The position numbers and the translations under genes were made by a program. The notes under the pieces are model-generated. The model was not told where the DNA came from. It made no database searches and was given only the letters and a program-made list of their open reading frames with translations. Source: a virus. From it: DNA of 64,000 nt. Shown one piece after another: positions 9,769-19,083 of this stretch. The first letter of the stretch is position 1. Each line of letters opens with the position of its first letter. Location: IMG/VR virus record IMGVR_UViG_3300030329_006012, positions 96,001-160,000 of that record; one strand, 5' to 3'.

Positions 9769-9999
9769 ATGAGTCAGGCAAACCCAACCATAAGTCAATT
9801 CGTGAAACAGGTGTTCAGGGAATATGTGCTTCCACTTTTCTGGTTAGCTGTACTCCCGGCGTTTTTGATGCTGGTTTGCATCTCATCGGAATCCGTTAGC
9901 AACTTTATATATGAGAGCTTTCACATAATTGTTTCGACCGGAACCACTCTTTTTGAATCCGCCGCAACCTGTATTGTTTTTTTACTTCACAGGGCATAG
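9769..9999 (+). CDS. Hypothetical membrane protein (alternative overlapping ORF 9696-9899 possible)
   Basis: Hydrophobic VLPLFWLAVLPAFLMLVCI; frame choice ambiguous. Confidence 0.35.
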   Translation: MSQANPTISQFVKQVFREYVLPLFWLAVLPAFLMLVCISSESVSNFIYESFHIIVSTGTTLFESAATCIVFLLHRA

Positions 10000-10778
10000 A
10001 AAGGGATCTAGACATCAGATATGAAGGAATCATTATTGGCGGCACTCTTGCTGCTTTAGAGAGGGCCTTTAGTTCTGGGCTCCCCCTGATCGGGATCCCA
10101 GAGGAGCCCCCCTTTATATTCCCTGAAGAACTTGAGAGATATCGTGAGCTATCATTTTCCCTCTCTCTTTCTGGGCAGCTGCCGTTTTATAACAATTTGG
10201 TGGGCATCCGGATCGACGAGGAGAAGAGGGAGCTCCTTTGCTTCACTCGCAACTCCAAAATAGTTAAGGTAGCCTTCTCCTCCCTCATTGTTGTGGACGA
10301 TCTTGAAGTTTCAGGTCTCCCCGTCGCCACATCTTCCGTGGCTACAGAATATCTTGTGTTGGACTGGATAAACGTCCGACGAGGAGGGAGCCACCCCTAT
10401 AACTATATTGAAGATGAAGATAGCGATTTTGTTAAGAAGATTGTCTTTTACCCTAGCGAGAGGATTATGGGGCGCCGAACAACCGTCAAGGATGCGTGTG
10501 CAGTCTCGATCCTGACGGAGAAACAACTAAAGAACAAAGACTATTCAGAGTCATATTCTTTCTTAAAGGCGCGAGACATGATGACCAACGCTGGCATCGT
10601 GGGGAGCAAAAATGGAACACAAGCATACAACGGCAAGCCGGCCTATCTGTCTTTGAAGATAGAGGTTTCACATCGACAGACCTTTAAAATACACAAGAGC
10701 ACATATGAAGACACAGCTTGTGTTGAGTTTGATACTCTTTCGCGCAATGAATACCTAAGCAGATTTTCGGGACTATAG
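9996..10778 (+). CDS. Hypothetical protein with Rossmann/FAD-binding-like N terminus; needs a non-canonical start
   Basis: Frame is open from 9957, upstream of the track's TTG at 10197, and reads IERDLDIRYEGIIIGGTLAALERAF; no ATG/GTG/TTG before this motif. Confidence 0.55.
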   Translation: MERDLDIRYEGIIIGGTLAALERAFSSGLPLIGIPEEPPFIFPEELERYRELSFSLSLSGQLPFYNNLVGIRIDEEKRELLCFTRNSKIVKVAFSSLIVVDDLEVSGLPVATSSVATEYLVLDWINVRRGGSHPYNYIEDEDSDFVKKIVFYPSERIMGRRTTVKDACAVSILTEKQLKNKDYSESYSFLKARDMMTNAGIVGSKNGTQAYNGKPAYLSLKIEVSHRQTFKIHKSTYEDTACVEFDTLSRNEYLSRFSGL

Positions 10779-10780
10779 GA

Positions 10781-11674
10781 ATGGAAAAAGAACTAGAAGG
10801 AGTGAGAATCCTTCGTGAAAAAAGAAAGTCAAAGAAGGGAAAGTACGCAGTTGGCGACTTTCACCTTGCCGGCATTGTGCCTGTAACTGGCGAGAAGCTA
10901 GATTTCAATTTGCCGTGGCACGATTCTCTCTTACCCTTGGCCAAGGATTACTTGGCGGTGGAGCATGCTGTCTATGAGTGTGCCTGTGCAGGTGTTAGTA
11001 CCATATGGGTAGTATGCAAAGAGGGGACGACGCCCCTAATTCGACACCGGCTAGGAGACTGGATTCACGATCCAGTAGAGATTGACCGGATCGCAAAGAA
11101 CCCAAGATCTATTCAGCGCGACAATATTCGACGAATACCCATTTACTATGTCAAGATAAAGCCCATTGATTTCGAACGCCGCGAAAGCCTTGGCTGGAGT
11201 ACTCTTGTCGGAGCTATCACCTCTTTCCGCATGTCCTTCAGGATCAGCAAGTGGCTTGTCCCGGACAAGTATTTTGTGTCCTTTCCTTATGGCGTTTATG
11301 ATGCAAATATTCTCCGTAAGAAGAGGAATGTGCTGCGCTCTAGCAGCTCTTATGTTATCACCCATCATGGGCAGAGCGTTGCAGACGGCTTGCACACTGC
11401 GTTCACTTTTGATAGGGATGTATTTGTCTACGCCCGTCGGGAAGTAAGGAAGTACAAAACCGGCCTTGACGAAATTTTTAAATCTGTTATAATGGATGAG
11501 CCAAAGCAGATTGAAGTTCCCTGGTATCACCAAGTCGATACATGGGATAACTACAGGGGGTATTTAGCCTCCGACAATGAGGTGCAAAAGCACGTGGAGA
11601 GCGCAAATGGCATCGTCACCTTCCAGAAAAAAGAAGGCCAAAGATCTTATAGACTCGTTGGAGCAGAAAATTGA
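10781..11674 (+). CDS. Nucleotidyltransferase-like protein (sugar-phosphate NTP transferase fold)
   Basis: LAGIVPVTG...SLLPL...VEHAVYECACAGVSTIWVV resembles the NTP_transferase N terminus. Confidence 0.55.
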   Translation: MEKELEGVRILREKRKSKKGKYAVGDFHLAGIVPVTGEKLDFNLPWHDSLLPLAKDYLAVEHAVYECACAGVSTIWVVCKEGTTPLIRHRLGDWIHDPVEIDRIAKNPRSIQRDNIRRIPIYYVKIKPIDFERRESLGWSTLVGAITSFRMSFRISKWLVPDKYFVSFPYGVYDANILRKKRNVLRSSSSYVITHHGQSVADGLHTAFTFDRDVFVYARREVRKYKTGLDEIFKSVIMDEPKQIEVPWYHQVDTWDNYRGYLASDNEVQKHVESANGIVTFQKKEGQRSYRLVGAEN

Positions 11675-11888
11675 GCTCGCCAATTATGAGCTGAAGGTGG
11701 GAGATTTAGTGAAGGTCAACATCCCAGTTGATTTCGAAGATCCCGACACCACGTTCACTACTTATCCCGGCATCGTTCTCAAAGACAGCGACGGCATAGC
11801 ATGTTTTGTCCACGTCTTTTACGATAACCAGAGCTACTATGTTCACTGGCAGCAGGTGGAGAAGATAAGCAATGCCGCAGAGATTTAG
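11577..11888 (+). CDS. Small KOW/SH3-like protein (start uncertain)
   Basis: LKVGDLVKV...GIVL...VHVF...VHWQQVEKI. Confidence 0.55.
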   Translation: MRCKSTWRAQMASSPSRKKKAKDLIDSLEQKIELANYELKVGDLVKVNIPVDFEDPDTTFTTYPGIVLKDSDGIACFVHVFYDNQSYYVHWQQVEKISNAAEI

Positions 11889-12060
11889 CGTTGGCGATCT
11901 TGTGGAGTTAAGAACTCCAGTCGAGTACTCCCTACCAGACGTTGAGATAGGGATTGTTGTGCAGGTGATCGAATCAGAGCCCAATCAAGCACTAAGGGTT
12001 GGTCTCTGTTCCGGCGTAAAAGTTTGGGTGGTAGCCTACCGGCTGAAGAAAATAGGTTGA
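11872..12060 (+). CDS. Small KOW/SH3-like protein
   Basis: FSVGDLVEL...IGIVVQV. Confidence 0.6.
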   Translation: MPQRFSVGDLVELRTPVEYSLPDVEIGIVVQVIESEPNQALRVGLCSGVKVWVVAYRLKKIG

Positions 12061-12085
12061 CAACTAGATGGTTTTCGATTATAAT
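12057..12085 (+). promoter_or_regulatory. sigma70-like promoter for dnaE
   Basis: TTGACA-17-TATAAT; places the dnaE start at ATG 12119 rather than 12068. Confidence 0.85.
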
Positions 12086-12118
12086 AAGAAGATGCTACAA
12101 AAAACCCCAGGAGAAAAA

Positions 12119-15100
12119 ATGACAGAAGTTAAGCGAGAAACACCGAAAGTAAAATACGTGGGACTCCACGCACACAGCGTGGCAGGCTCACCCTTCGATG
12201 CATTGGGCTACCCCAACGAGCACATGGAGTCTGCCTATAATAATGGCATGGACGCGCTCGCGCTGACAGACCACGGCAACATGAATGGTCTCGCCTATCA
12301 GGTCCTCCACGCAAAAAAGATGCACTCCCAAGGGAAGGATTTTAAGCCGATCTATGGTTGTGAGGCATATTTTGTACCTAGTTTGAAGGAATGGCATGAA
12401 GAAAAGGAAGCGGCGGTACTAGATAAGAAAAGGGCCAAAAAAGATGCCGAAGCAACAGGGACAACCGTCGAAGACGAAGAAGCTAGTAAGAGTGCTGTTA
12501 AAGACATTCTTTCTCGGCGTAGTCATCTTGTTCTTGTTGCCGCTAATCAGACGGGCCTAAATAACTTATTCGAGATGATTTCGAAGTCTTATACGCCCGA
12601 AAATTTTTATAGATACCCTCGCATTGATTTCGATACACTAGCAGAGCATAGCGAGGGTATTATTGTATCAAGTGCATGTATGGGCGGCGTTTTCGCCAGT
12701 GACTATTGGAAGAACCGAGAAGAAGGTGAAGAGGCAGTTTTGGAAGCCATGCGGAAAACCGCAACCCGATTCAAAGAAATCTTCGGAGGCAACTTCTACG
12801 GAGAGATTCAGTGGAACGCAATCCCCGATCAACATGCCATTAACAAATTTGTGATTAAGGTCTGTGGCGAGTTGGGAATCGAGCTTGTCTCCACTTCTGA
12901 CAGCCACTACCCTAATAAGGAAGTGTGGAAAGACAGAGAACTCTATAGAAAACTTGGCTGGCTCCGCACAGGACTCGAAGAGGCCACGCTTCCCGAAACC
13001 ATCGATGAGACCCGATGCGAACTCTACCCCAAGAATGGCGATGAGATGGTGGAGGCAATTCGCAAATACTCCAATCCAGACAATTGGATTTACCGCGAAC
13101 GAGATACGCCTGTATTTCCTAGCGACGTCGAGTATGACGAGCAGCTCATGATAGAGAGTGTTGAGCGCACATACGAGATCGCACATGAGAAGATAGATTC
13201 CTTTTTCCCAGACAACACTGTACGACTACCAGAATTTGTTGTGCCAGAAAACATGAACGAGGATGATGCCCTCTATATATATGCCAAGAATGGCATGAAG
13301 GCCCGTGGCCTTGTGGGGAACAAACAATACGAAGAGAGGATGGAGAAAGAGTTCGATGTCATTTCTTCTCGCGGCTTTAGTAAATACTTTCTGACCATGA
13401 AGGCCATCTCTGACAAGGCTCAAGAGGTCCAGCTCGTCGGTGCCGGACGTGGCTCTGCTGCAGGGTCTCTCATCGCCTATTGCCTTAACATCACTCAGAT
13501 TGATCCCATCAAGTATAATCTTCAGTTCGAGAGATTCCTCCGCAAAGACGCCGTGGATTATCCCGATATCGATTATGATGTCGCTGATCCGATGGAGCTC
13601 AAGGATATGCTTATCGATGAGTGGGGAGACAACGTGGTGGTCCCAATTTCGAACTGGAACACACTACAGCTTCGCTCACTCATCAAGGACATTTCCAAGT
13701 TCTACAACATCGACTTCTCAGAGGTGAACACGGTCACAGGCCGCATGCTCAGCGAGGCAACGCCAAGGGCGAAGGAGGCCAATGGCATCGCAGCTGGTGT
13801 CTACACCCCCACCTTCGAGGAGGTGATGGAGTATTCAGATAGTCTAAAGAATTTTCTAATCAAATACCCGCACGTCAAGACGCATGTTATGCGTATCTTT
13901 GGCAGTGTTCGGTCGTGCTCTCGACACGCAGGCGGAGTCTTGGTCGGCGAGGACTTGGACAAATATATGCCCCTCATCGCTTCCGGTGGTGTGCGTCAAA
14001 CACCGTGGAGCGAGGGCCAGAACGTGCGGCACTTAGAGCCAATGGGTTTTATTAAGTTTGATATCCTTGGTCTCGCTTCTTTGCGAATGATCGAAGGCGC
14101 CATACGCCACATCTTAAAGCGCAAGTATAAGGTGGAAGAGCCAAGCTTTGACGATGTAAAGGAATATTACAATAAACACCTTGACCCAAGTGTGATTGAT
14201 TTTGATGATCAGTCGATCTGGGAGGGAATATTCCACAAGGGCAAATGGGCCGGCGTATTTCAGTTCACGCAGCAAGGCGCACAGAAATTCTGTACGGAAG
14301 TCAAGCCAACGAACTTGGTCGACCTCGCAGCCATTACTGCAATCTACCGTCCGGGGCCCTTATCTGCAGGCGTCGCAAAGGACTATACGGCAGCAAAGCG
14401 AAGTCCAGAAAATATTGAGTACGGCCACCCCGTTATCAAGGAGTGCCTTGAGGAGACTTGCGGGTTTATTGTTTTTCAGGAGCAACTGGCTCTTCTGGCA
14501 CACAAGCTCGGTCGCGACGTCTCTCTTGATGAGGGCAACATGCTTCGTAAGCTTCTAACCAAGAAGGGTACCGGCAAAGGAGCCGAGACTCTTGAGGTGA
14601 TTCGCCTTAAGTTTGTCGATGGTTGTGTGGACAAGGGAATAACCGAACAACAGGCAATGGAAATATGGGAAAAGATGGAGTACTTCTCTGGGTATGGCTT
14701 TAACGCCTCTCATGCGGTTTCCTATGCGACCCTATCTTATCAGTGCGCGTGGCTTCTCCACTACTACCCAGTGGAGTGGGTTGCAGCCTTCTTGGACAAG
14801 GAACCCGAAGGCCGCAAAGAGGCGGCCATCAATATGGCCAAGAGTCTAGGATTTAGAATCGAGGCACTGAACGTCAACACTTCGGGAAAGGTTTGGGAAA
14901 TCTCAGAAGATGGCCAAGCCCTAATTCAGCCACTCACTTCGGTGAAGGGTTTGGGTGATGCAGCAATTGACCAAATCTTCAATGGCAGACCTTTTAACAA
15001 GATTGAGGATTTCCTTTTCAATGAGGAAATTACATACAGCAAGCTGAACAAAAAGGCGCTGGATGTATTGGTTAGGAGTCAGGCTCTCAACTCCCTTATG

Positions 15101-15586
15101 GATAGCAGGTTCTCAGGCTTGAAGCACTATTGGTCGTGTGTTGCCGTTAACAGACCTCGCAAGGAGAAGGACCTGGAGGACAACATTGCTGTTTATACGC
15201 CGGAGGGAGACTTCTCCATCGAGGAAAAGATAGAGTATCTAACGGACCTGACAGGCGTGTTTCCAATGCACTTGGTGATGGACGACGTGATCAAAGAGAG
15301 ATTAGGCGACCACTGCGTTCCGCCCATCTCTGAGTATGATCCGGATCTTGGCCTTGTTTGGTTCATCCCTCGAAAGGTCATCCCTCGAAAAACCAAAAAT
15401 GGCAAGACGTACTGGGTAGTTGAGGTGATTGATGATAATAGTGTTTTGACAAAGATAAAGTGTTGGGGCGTGAAGCCAAGGGATACTTTACAACTCAACA
15501 GGCCATACATGGCCAAGCTTGATCACAGCGATCAGTGGGGATTTTCATCGCGCAGCATTTACCACAACTTTAGGATTCTTGGATGA
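12119..15586 (+). CDS. dnaE: DNA polymerase III alpha subunit (family C)
   Basis: PHP domain LHAHS, LTDHGNM, GCEAY, SHLVL, SDSHY; GRGSAAGSL, PDIDYD, RHAGGV, KFDILGL, YRPGP, FQEQ, GYGFNASH; ends after an OB fold. Confidence 0.97.
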   Translation: MTEVKRETPKVKYVGLHAHSVAGSPFDALGYPNEHMESAYNNGMDALALTDHGNMNGLAYQVLHAKKMHSQGKDFKPIYGCEAYFVPSLKEWHEEKEAAVLDKKRAKKDAEATGTTVEDEEASKSAVKDILSRRSHLVLVAANQTGLNNLFEMISKSYTPENFYRYPRIDFDTLAEHSEGIIVSSACMGGVFASDYWKNREEGEEAVLEAMRKTATRFKEIFGGNFYGEIQWNAIPDQHAINKFVIKVCGELGIELVSTSDSHYPNKEVWKDRELYRKLGWLRTGLEEATLPETIDETRCELYPKNGDEMVEAIRKYSNPDNWIYRERDTPVFPSDVEYDEQLMIESVERTYEIAHEKIDSFFPDNTVRLPEFVVPENMNEDDALYIYAKNGMKARGLVGNKQYEERMEKEFDVISSRGFSKYFLTMKAISDKAQEVQLVGAGRGSAAGSLIAYCLNITQIDPIKYNLQFERFLRKDAVDYPDIDYDVADPMELKDMLIDEWGDNVVVPISNWNTLQLRSLIKDISKFYNIDFSEVNTVTGRMLSEATPRAKEANGIAAGVYTPTFEEVMEYSDSLKNFLIKYPHVKTHVMRIFGSVRSCSRHAGGVLVGEDLDKYMPLIASGGVRQTPWSEGQNVRHLEPMGFIKFDILGLASLRMIEGAIRHILKRKYKVEEPSFDDVKEYYNKHLDPSVIDFDDQSIWEGIFHKGKWAGVFQFTQQGAQKFCTEVKPTNLVDLAAITAIYRPGPLSAGVAKDYTAAKRSPENIEYGHPVIKECLEETCGFIVFQEQLALLAHKLGRDVSLDEGNMLRKLLTKKGTGKGAETLEVIRLKFVDGCVDKGITEQQAMEIWEKMEYFSGYGFNASHAVSYATLSYQCAWLLHYYPVEWVAAFLDKEPEGRKEAAINMAKSLGFRIEALNVNTSGKVWEISEDGQALIQPLTSVKGLGDAAIDQIFNGRPFNKIEDFLFNEEITYSKLNKKALDVLVRSQALNSLMDSRFSGLKHYWSCVAVNRPRKEKDLEDNIAVYTPEGDFSIEEKIEYLTDLTGVFPMHLVMDDVIKERLGDHCVPPISEYDPDLGLVWFIPRKVIPRKTKNGKTYWVVEVIDDNSVLTKIKCWGVKPRDTLQLNRPYMAKLDHSDQWGFSSRSIYHNFRILG

Positions 15587-15804
15587 CAAAAAGATTCAAT
15601 TCTCTTGTGGTGATCCACAAGAACAAATTGAAGATTACGGAGAGGAGAACTCTGCGAGGCAGAGAGGAGACGGAGGCAGCTCGTGAGGAGCTGTGCAAGA
15701 AGTACGAAGATAGCGAATACGATGTTTTTGTTACCTATGGTGGCCCATTCGATGTATTAGGGTGGATGCTTCTTAGGGGACTAGAAAAAACAGAACTTAA
15801 CTAA
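15583..15804 (+). CDS. Hypothetical protein
   Basis: ATGA overlap with the dnaE stop; 73 aa. Confidence 0.6.
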   Translation: MTKRFNSLVVIHKNKLKITERRTLRGREETEAAREELCKKYEDSEYDVFVTYGGPFDVLGWMLLRGLEKTELN

Positions 15805-15814
15805 GGAGAACAAT

Positions 15815-16291
15815 ATGATGTTAGAATATGCTAGAGTTAGAAAGGGTGCTCACCCACCAGAAAGAGCAAACCCATCCGATGCCGGATTGGATTTATACTT
15901 TAACCCAGAGGACGCAAAGGATGTCACAATTGAACCGGGAACCAGCGCGGTTTTGGCAACGGGTTGTCGCTTTGGCGTCCCTCACGGATATATGCTTGAG
16001 ATAAAGAATCGAAGCTCGGTTGCTGCTAAGAGAAGTCTTATCGTAGGCGCCTGTGTGGTCGACTCCGGTTACGATGGTGAGGTTTTTGTGAATCTCCACA
16101 ACATTGGACGAGAGCCTCAAACATTAAGCCCTCAAGATAAAATCGCCCAAGCCGTGATGGTTCCGGTGGTGCATTTCCGAGCACTGGAAACACACAGCGG
16201 CGATCTTTATGGCTGGTATCCCATCACAATGAGTGGTCGAGGCGATGGTGCCTTGGGCTCCACTGACGGAGGAAAAAATGAAAAAGCATGA
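15815..16291 (+). CDS. dut: Trimeric dUTPase
   Basis: AGLDL, RSS, GACVVDSGYDGE, KIAQ, RGDGALGSTD motifs. Confidence 0.95.
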   Translation: MMLEYARVRKGAHPPERANPSDAGLDLYFNPEDAKDVTIEPGTSAVLATGCRFGVPHGYMLEIKNRSSVAAKRSLIVGACVVDSGYDGEVFVNLHNIGREPQTLSPQDKIAQAVMVPVVHFRALETHSGDLYGWYPITMSGRGDGALGSTDGGKNEKA

Positions 16292-16757
16292 TATGAATAC
16301 GCTCTTCAGCAGCAAAAGCATGGAGTGGGCAACCCCTAGAGACTTTTTTCGTAAACTAGACAAGGAATTCGGATTCGATCTAGACCCTTGTGCACAAAGC
16401 CACAACGCAGTGTGTTCTGCATTTTTTACACCAGAAGAAGATGGCCTCCTTCAGAGTTGGGAGGGGAAGACAGTTTTCGTCAACCCTCCTTATGGTCGGT
16501 CCATTGGCAAGTGGATCAAAAAGGCATACGAAGAGGGGTGCAAGGAAAACACTACTGTCGTGATGCTTATCCCAAGCCGTACCGATACTAAGTATTGGCA
16601 TGATTATGTGATGAGGGCATCAGAAGTTCGCTTGATTAAGGGGCGCCTCAAATTTGGCGGAGGCAACAATTCTGCCCCATTCCCATCAGCCGTTGTTATC
16701 TTTAGAGATGAGACCGGGAACGCAATTGAGAACCCACCCAGCTTGACGGTGATGTAA
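16278..16757 (+). CDS. Phage DNA N6-adenine methyltransferase (PF05869 Dam-like family)
   Basis: EWATP, FDLDPCA, VFVNPPYG, WIKKA, MLIPSRTDT, GRLKF, APFPS. Confidence 0.9.
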   Translation: MKKHDMNTLFSSKSMEWATPRDFFRKLDKEFGFDLDPCAQSHNAVCSAFFTPEEDGLLQSWEGKTVFVNPPYGRSIGKWIKKAYEEGCKENTTVVMLIPSRTDTKYWHDYVMRASEVRLIKGRLKFGGGNNSAPFPSAVVIFRDETGNAIENPPSLTVM

Positions 16758-17029
16758 TGGTGAGAAAAGTTAAGAACAAAAAGAAGCACAAGGACATTCA
16801 AAAGGACTTGAAGCAGAAAATGGGCCTCTTTGATCAGTTGCCAACTGAGTGTCTGGCATGTCAGGAGCCATTTGATCGAAGCGACCGAGAGCAGGTCATG
16901 TCTTGGAATGTGGTTGTTAAGAGGGAGCCAGACTTGGTTCGCCTTTATTGCCCCGTGTGCTGGACAAAGGCACAGGAGGTGGTGAGGGACTTTGAAAAGA
17001 GGCTGAGGGATCGAGATGTCGGACAGTAA
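16757..17029 (+). CDS. Hypothetical zinc-binding protein
   Basis: CLAC...YCPVC; start overlaps the upstream stop. Confidence 0.6.
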   Translation: MVRKVKNKKKHKDIQKDLKQKMGLFDQLPTECLACQEPFDRSDREQVMSWNVVVKREPDLVRLYCPVCWTKAQEVVRDFEKRLRDRDVGQ

Positions 17030-17372
17030 GATAGAAGAGTATGGTTGGTTGAACAGGAGGGTCTATCCTAGTCTCTACTATGACAGTACCGATACGGTGT
17101 ACGTGAATCTGATCATGAAGCTTGAATATGAAAAGCTAACTAAGACGGAGTTTTTCCGTGCCATTGTCGACGGGTTTGTGGGCGATGATGAAAACATTAA
17201 TAATTTTATTAAAGAATATAAGGAGAAGAAGTTGGTGGATAGTAAAAGAGGGCGCCGCCTGATGGCAAAAGAAAGGCAAGAGGCTGAAGAAATAAATAGA
17301 AAGTTTGCGCTATCTCCGGAGGACATTGAGAACATTTTCGATCTCATTGGCGATGGTGACGCCGATGTTTAA
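17016..17372 (+). CDS. Hypothetical protein
   Basis: 118 aa, tightly packed in the operon. Confidence 0.6.
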   Translation: MSDSKIEEYGWLNRRVYPSLYYDSTDTVYVNLIMKLEYEKLTKTEFFRAIVDGFVGDDENINNFIKEYKEKKLVDSKRGRRLMAKERQEAEEINRKFALSPEDIENIFDLIGDGDADV

Positions 17373-17685
17373 AGACCCTCTCAGCATATATACCGAACAG
17401 GATGCTGCTACGGCCCACATCGATGGCGATCCTCACAAGAGAGAGTGCGTGGCTGCTTGTGAGTCGGCACAAGTTTCTTGCCCCAACAAGGAGTGCAGGT
17501 ATTGGATAGATTATGCCGATGACCTGAATTGCACTTTCGTAACAGTTGATAAAAATGAGGGCGGCCTAACTTTGCGGGAGATAGGAGAGCGCCTCGGAGT
17601 CAGCTTTGTCCGGGTTTGTCAGATTGAAAAGGGTGTTTTGGAGAAGTTGAAAAAGAAAATCCAAAATACCGTTTTAGGCAAATAA
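17365..17685 (+). CDS. Cys-rich protein with a sigma70 region-4-type HTH
   Basis: GLTLREIGERLGVSFVRVCQIEKGVLEKLKK; N-terminal C..AC...C...C...C cluster. Confidence 0.75.
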   Translation: MFKDPLSIYTEQDAATAHIDGDPHKRECVAACESAQVSCPNKECRYWIDYADDLNCTFVTVDKNEGGLTLREIGERLGVSFVRVCQIEKGVLEKLKKKIQNTVLGK

Positions 17686-17709
17686 AAGGGGTTTTTACAA
17701 ATAACCACA

Positions 17710-17718
17710 CTAATTATA
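17710..17718 (+). promoter_or_regulatory. Putative phage late-promoter motif CTAATTATA
   Basis: Member of the TANTTA family recurring in intergenic DNA. Confidence 0.45.
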
Positions 17719-17790
17719 GGAGTTATTCTGCATTTCGCAGAGTATATCTTGAAAAAATCGATTTAAACTACATCAAGAGGAGATAGTACT

Positions 17791-18594
17791 ATGAGTAAGA
17801 AACTTTTAAACGAATCAACAGTTCGTCGTTTCATGGGATTAGCTAACCTCGCTCCACTTTCGGAATCCTTCCTGGATAACCAAGTGAACGAGGAAGAAGA
17901 GATTGCCGAAAACGAAGAAGTAGTTGAAGAAGCAATTGAAGAAGGTGGCGCAGCCGCTCGAACCGGAAACGAGGGCCACGACGTGGGCAAAGGTCGCATG
18001 ACTGCTGATCGCATCCACGAAGACGAAGCTGTCGAAGAAGAAGTTAAAGCCGAAGGCTTGGTAAACATCCAAGAAGACGAGCTTGAAGACGAAGAAGAAG
18101 CCGCAATGGACGATGAGGTCGCTATGGACGCAGCTGTCGACTTAGGCGCTGAAGAAGATGAGCTTGAAGCTGAAGCCGGAGATGACTTGGCCTCAAAAGC
18201 ACAGGCAATTTTAGCTGATTTAGCTGACTTGCTGACTCAAGCTGGCATCGAAACAACTGTTACTTCTGACGAAGAAGAAGCAGCTGCAGACGACATGGCA
18301 GACGCATCCGACGATATGATGGACGCTGCTGACGACATGGAAGACGCCGAAGAAGACTTGATGCAAGAGACTGGTGCTAAAGACACCGGCGCCTCTGCAG
18401 GCGACGACTCTAAAACTCATCCTGGCGAAAAAGACTACACCACCAAAAAGGGTAGTGATCTTAAGCACGATGATGACGACGGAACATGGGGAGACAAGAA
18501 GGGTGAAAAAGCCTACAATGAATCCCAAACTACAGCAGTTGACGCTTTAGTTGCTGAAATTACTTCCAAAGTAATCAGCCGCTTAAACAAGTAA
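17791..18594 (+). CDS. Highly acidic protein, putative prohead core/scaffold
   Basis: Very E/D/A-rich low complexity; repeated (L/I/M/V)xE motifs (LLNE, LSE, VNE, IEE, IHE, IQE, MQE). Confidence 0.45.
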   Translation: MSKKLLNESTVRRFMGLANLAPLSESFLDNQVNEEEEIAENEEVVEEAIEEGGAAARTGNEGHDVGKGRMTADRIHEDEAVEEEVKAEGLVNIQEDELEDEEEAAMDDEVAMDAAVDLGAEEDELEAEAGDDLASKAQAILADLADLLTQAGIETTVTSDEEEAAADDMADASDDMMDAADDMEDAEEDLMQETGAKDTGASAGDDSKTHPGEKDYTTKKGSDLKHDDDDGTWGDKKGEKAYNESQTTAVDALVAEITSKVISRLNK

Positions 18595-18608
18595 TCTTGT
18601 TTTAATAC

Positions 18609-18656
18609 TTTACAAAAGCACTGTAATGTTATATAATGTAACAAAGCAGTGCTTTT
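18609..18656 (+). promoter_or_regulatory. sigma70-like promoter inside a terminator-like inverted repeat
   Basis: TTTACA-17-TATAAT; AAAAGCACTG/CAGTGCTTTT and TGTTA/TAACA arms flank the -10 box. Confidence 0.65.
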
Positions 18657-18672
18657 TTGTATGGAGTAGAAA

Positions 18673-19083
18673 ATGACAATACTATATGTTATCGGAGCCT
18701 TTATTGCTGGAATGCTTTTTTACAAAGTATGCAGCGCCTTGGCAATTATCTTTGGCTTAAAGAGCCAGCTTTTGCATGTGGTGGAAAACGAAATCATCGA
18801 GTTTGCCTTGACTGTCTACAGTCGCCTAATCATGTCCCTCGAAACTGGTTACATCACAATGCGAACTTCCGGCGTTTCGGAGGAAGCAATAAAAAGAATC
18901 AGAAACGAAGACGAGCACGATTTGCGAGAGTGGAAAAAAGAGGTAATGGAGAAGTTCGTCGACTCGTACCCCAATGTCTACAAGGACATGTTGTCGGTAA
19001 GGACATGGGAAGACGCAATGAAGCAGCTCACCGCGTATAAAGAATTCCCAGAGGAGGCATCCCGTGATGAAAATTCTGCTTGA
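18673..19083 (+). CDS. Hypothetical protein with an N-terminal TM segment
   Basis: Hydrophobic N terminus, SD GGAG. Confidence 0.6.
   Translation: MTILYVIGAFIAGMLFYKVCSALAIIFGLKSQLLHVVENEIIEFALTVYSRLIMSLETGYITMRTSGVSEEAIKRIRNEDEHDLREWKKEVMEKFVDSYPNVYKDMLSVRTWEDAMKQLTAYKEFPEEASRDENSA

Noticed and set aside
9681-9899. Alternative ORF with a good SD before ATG 9696
   Set aside because: It overlaps 9769-9999 by about 130 nt and I could not decide which frame is real, so only one is listed, at low confidence
3110-15586. Inteins or self-splicing introns in recA, helicase, nrdJ or dnaE
   Set aside because: Lengths are typical, conserved motifs are contiguous, and no intein splice motifs or frame breaks were seen
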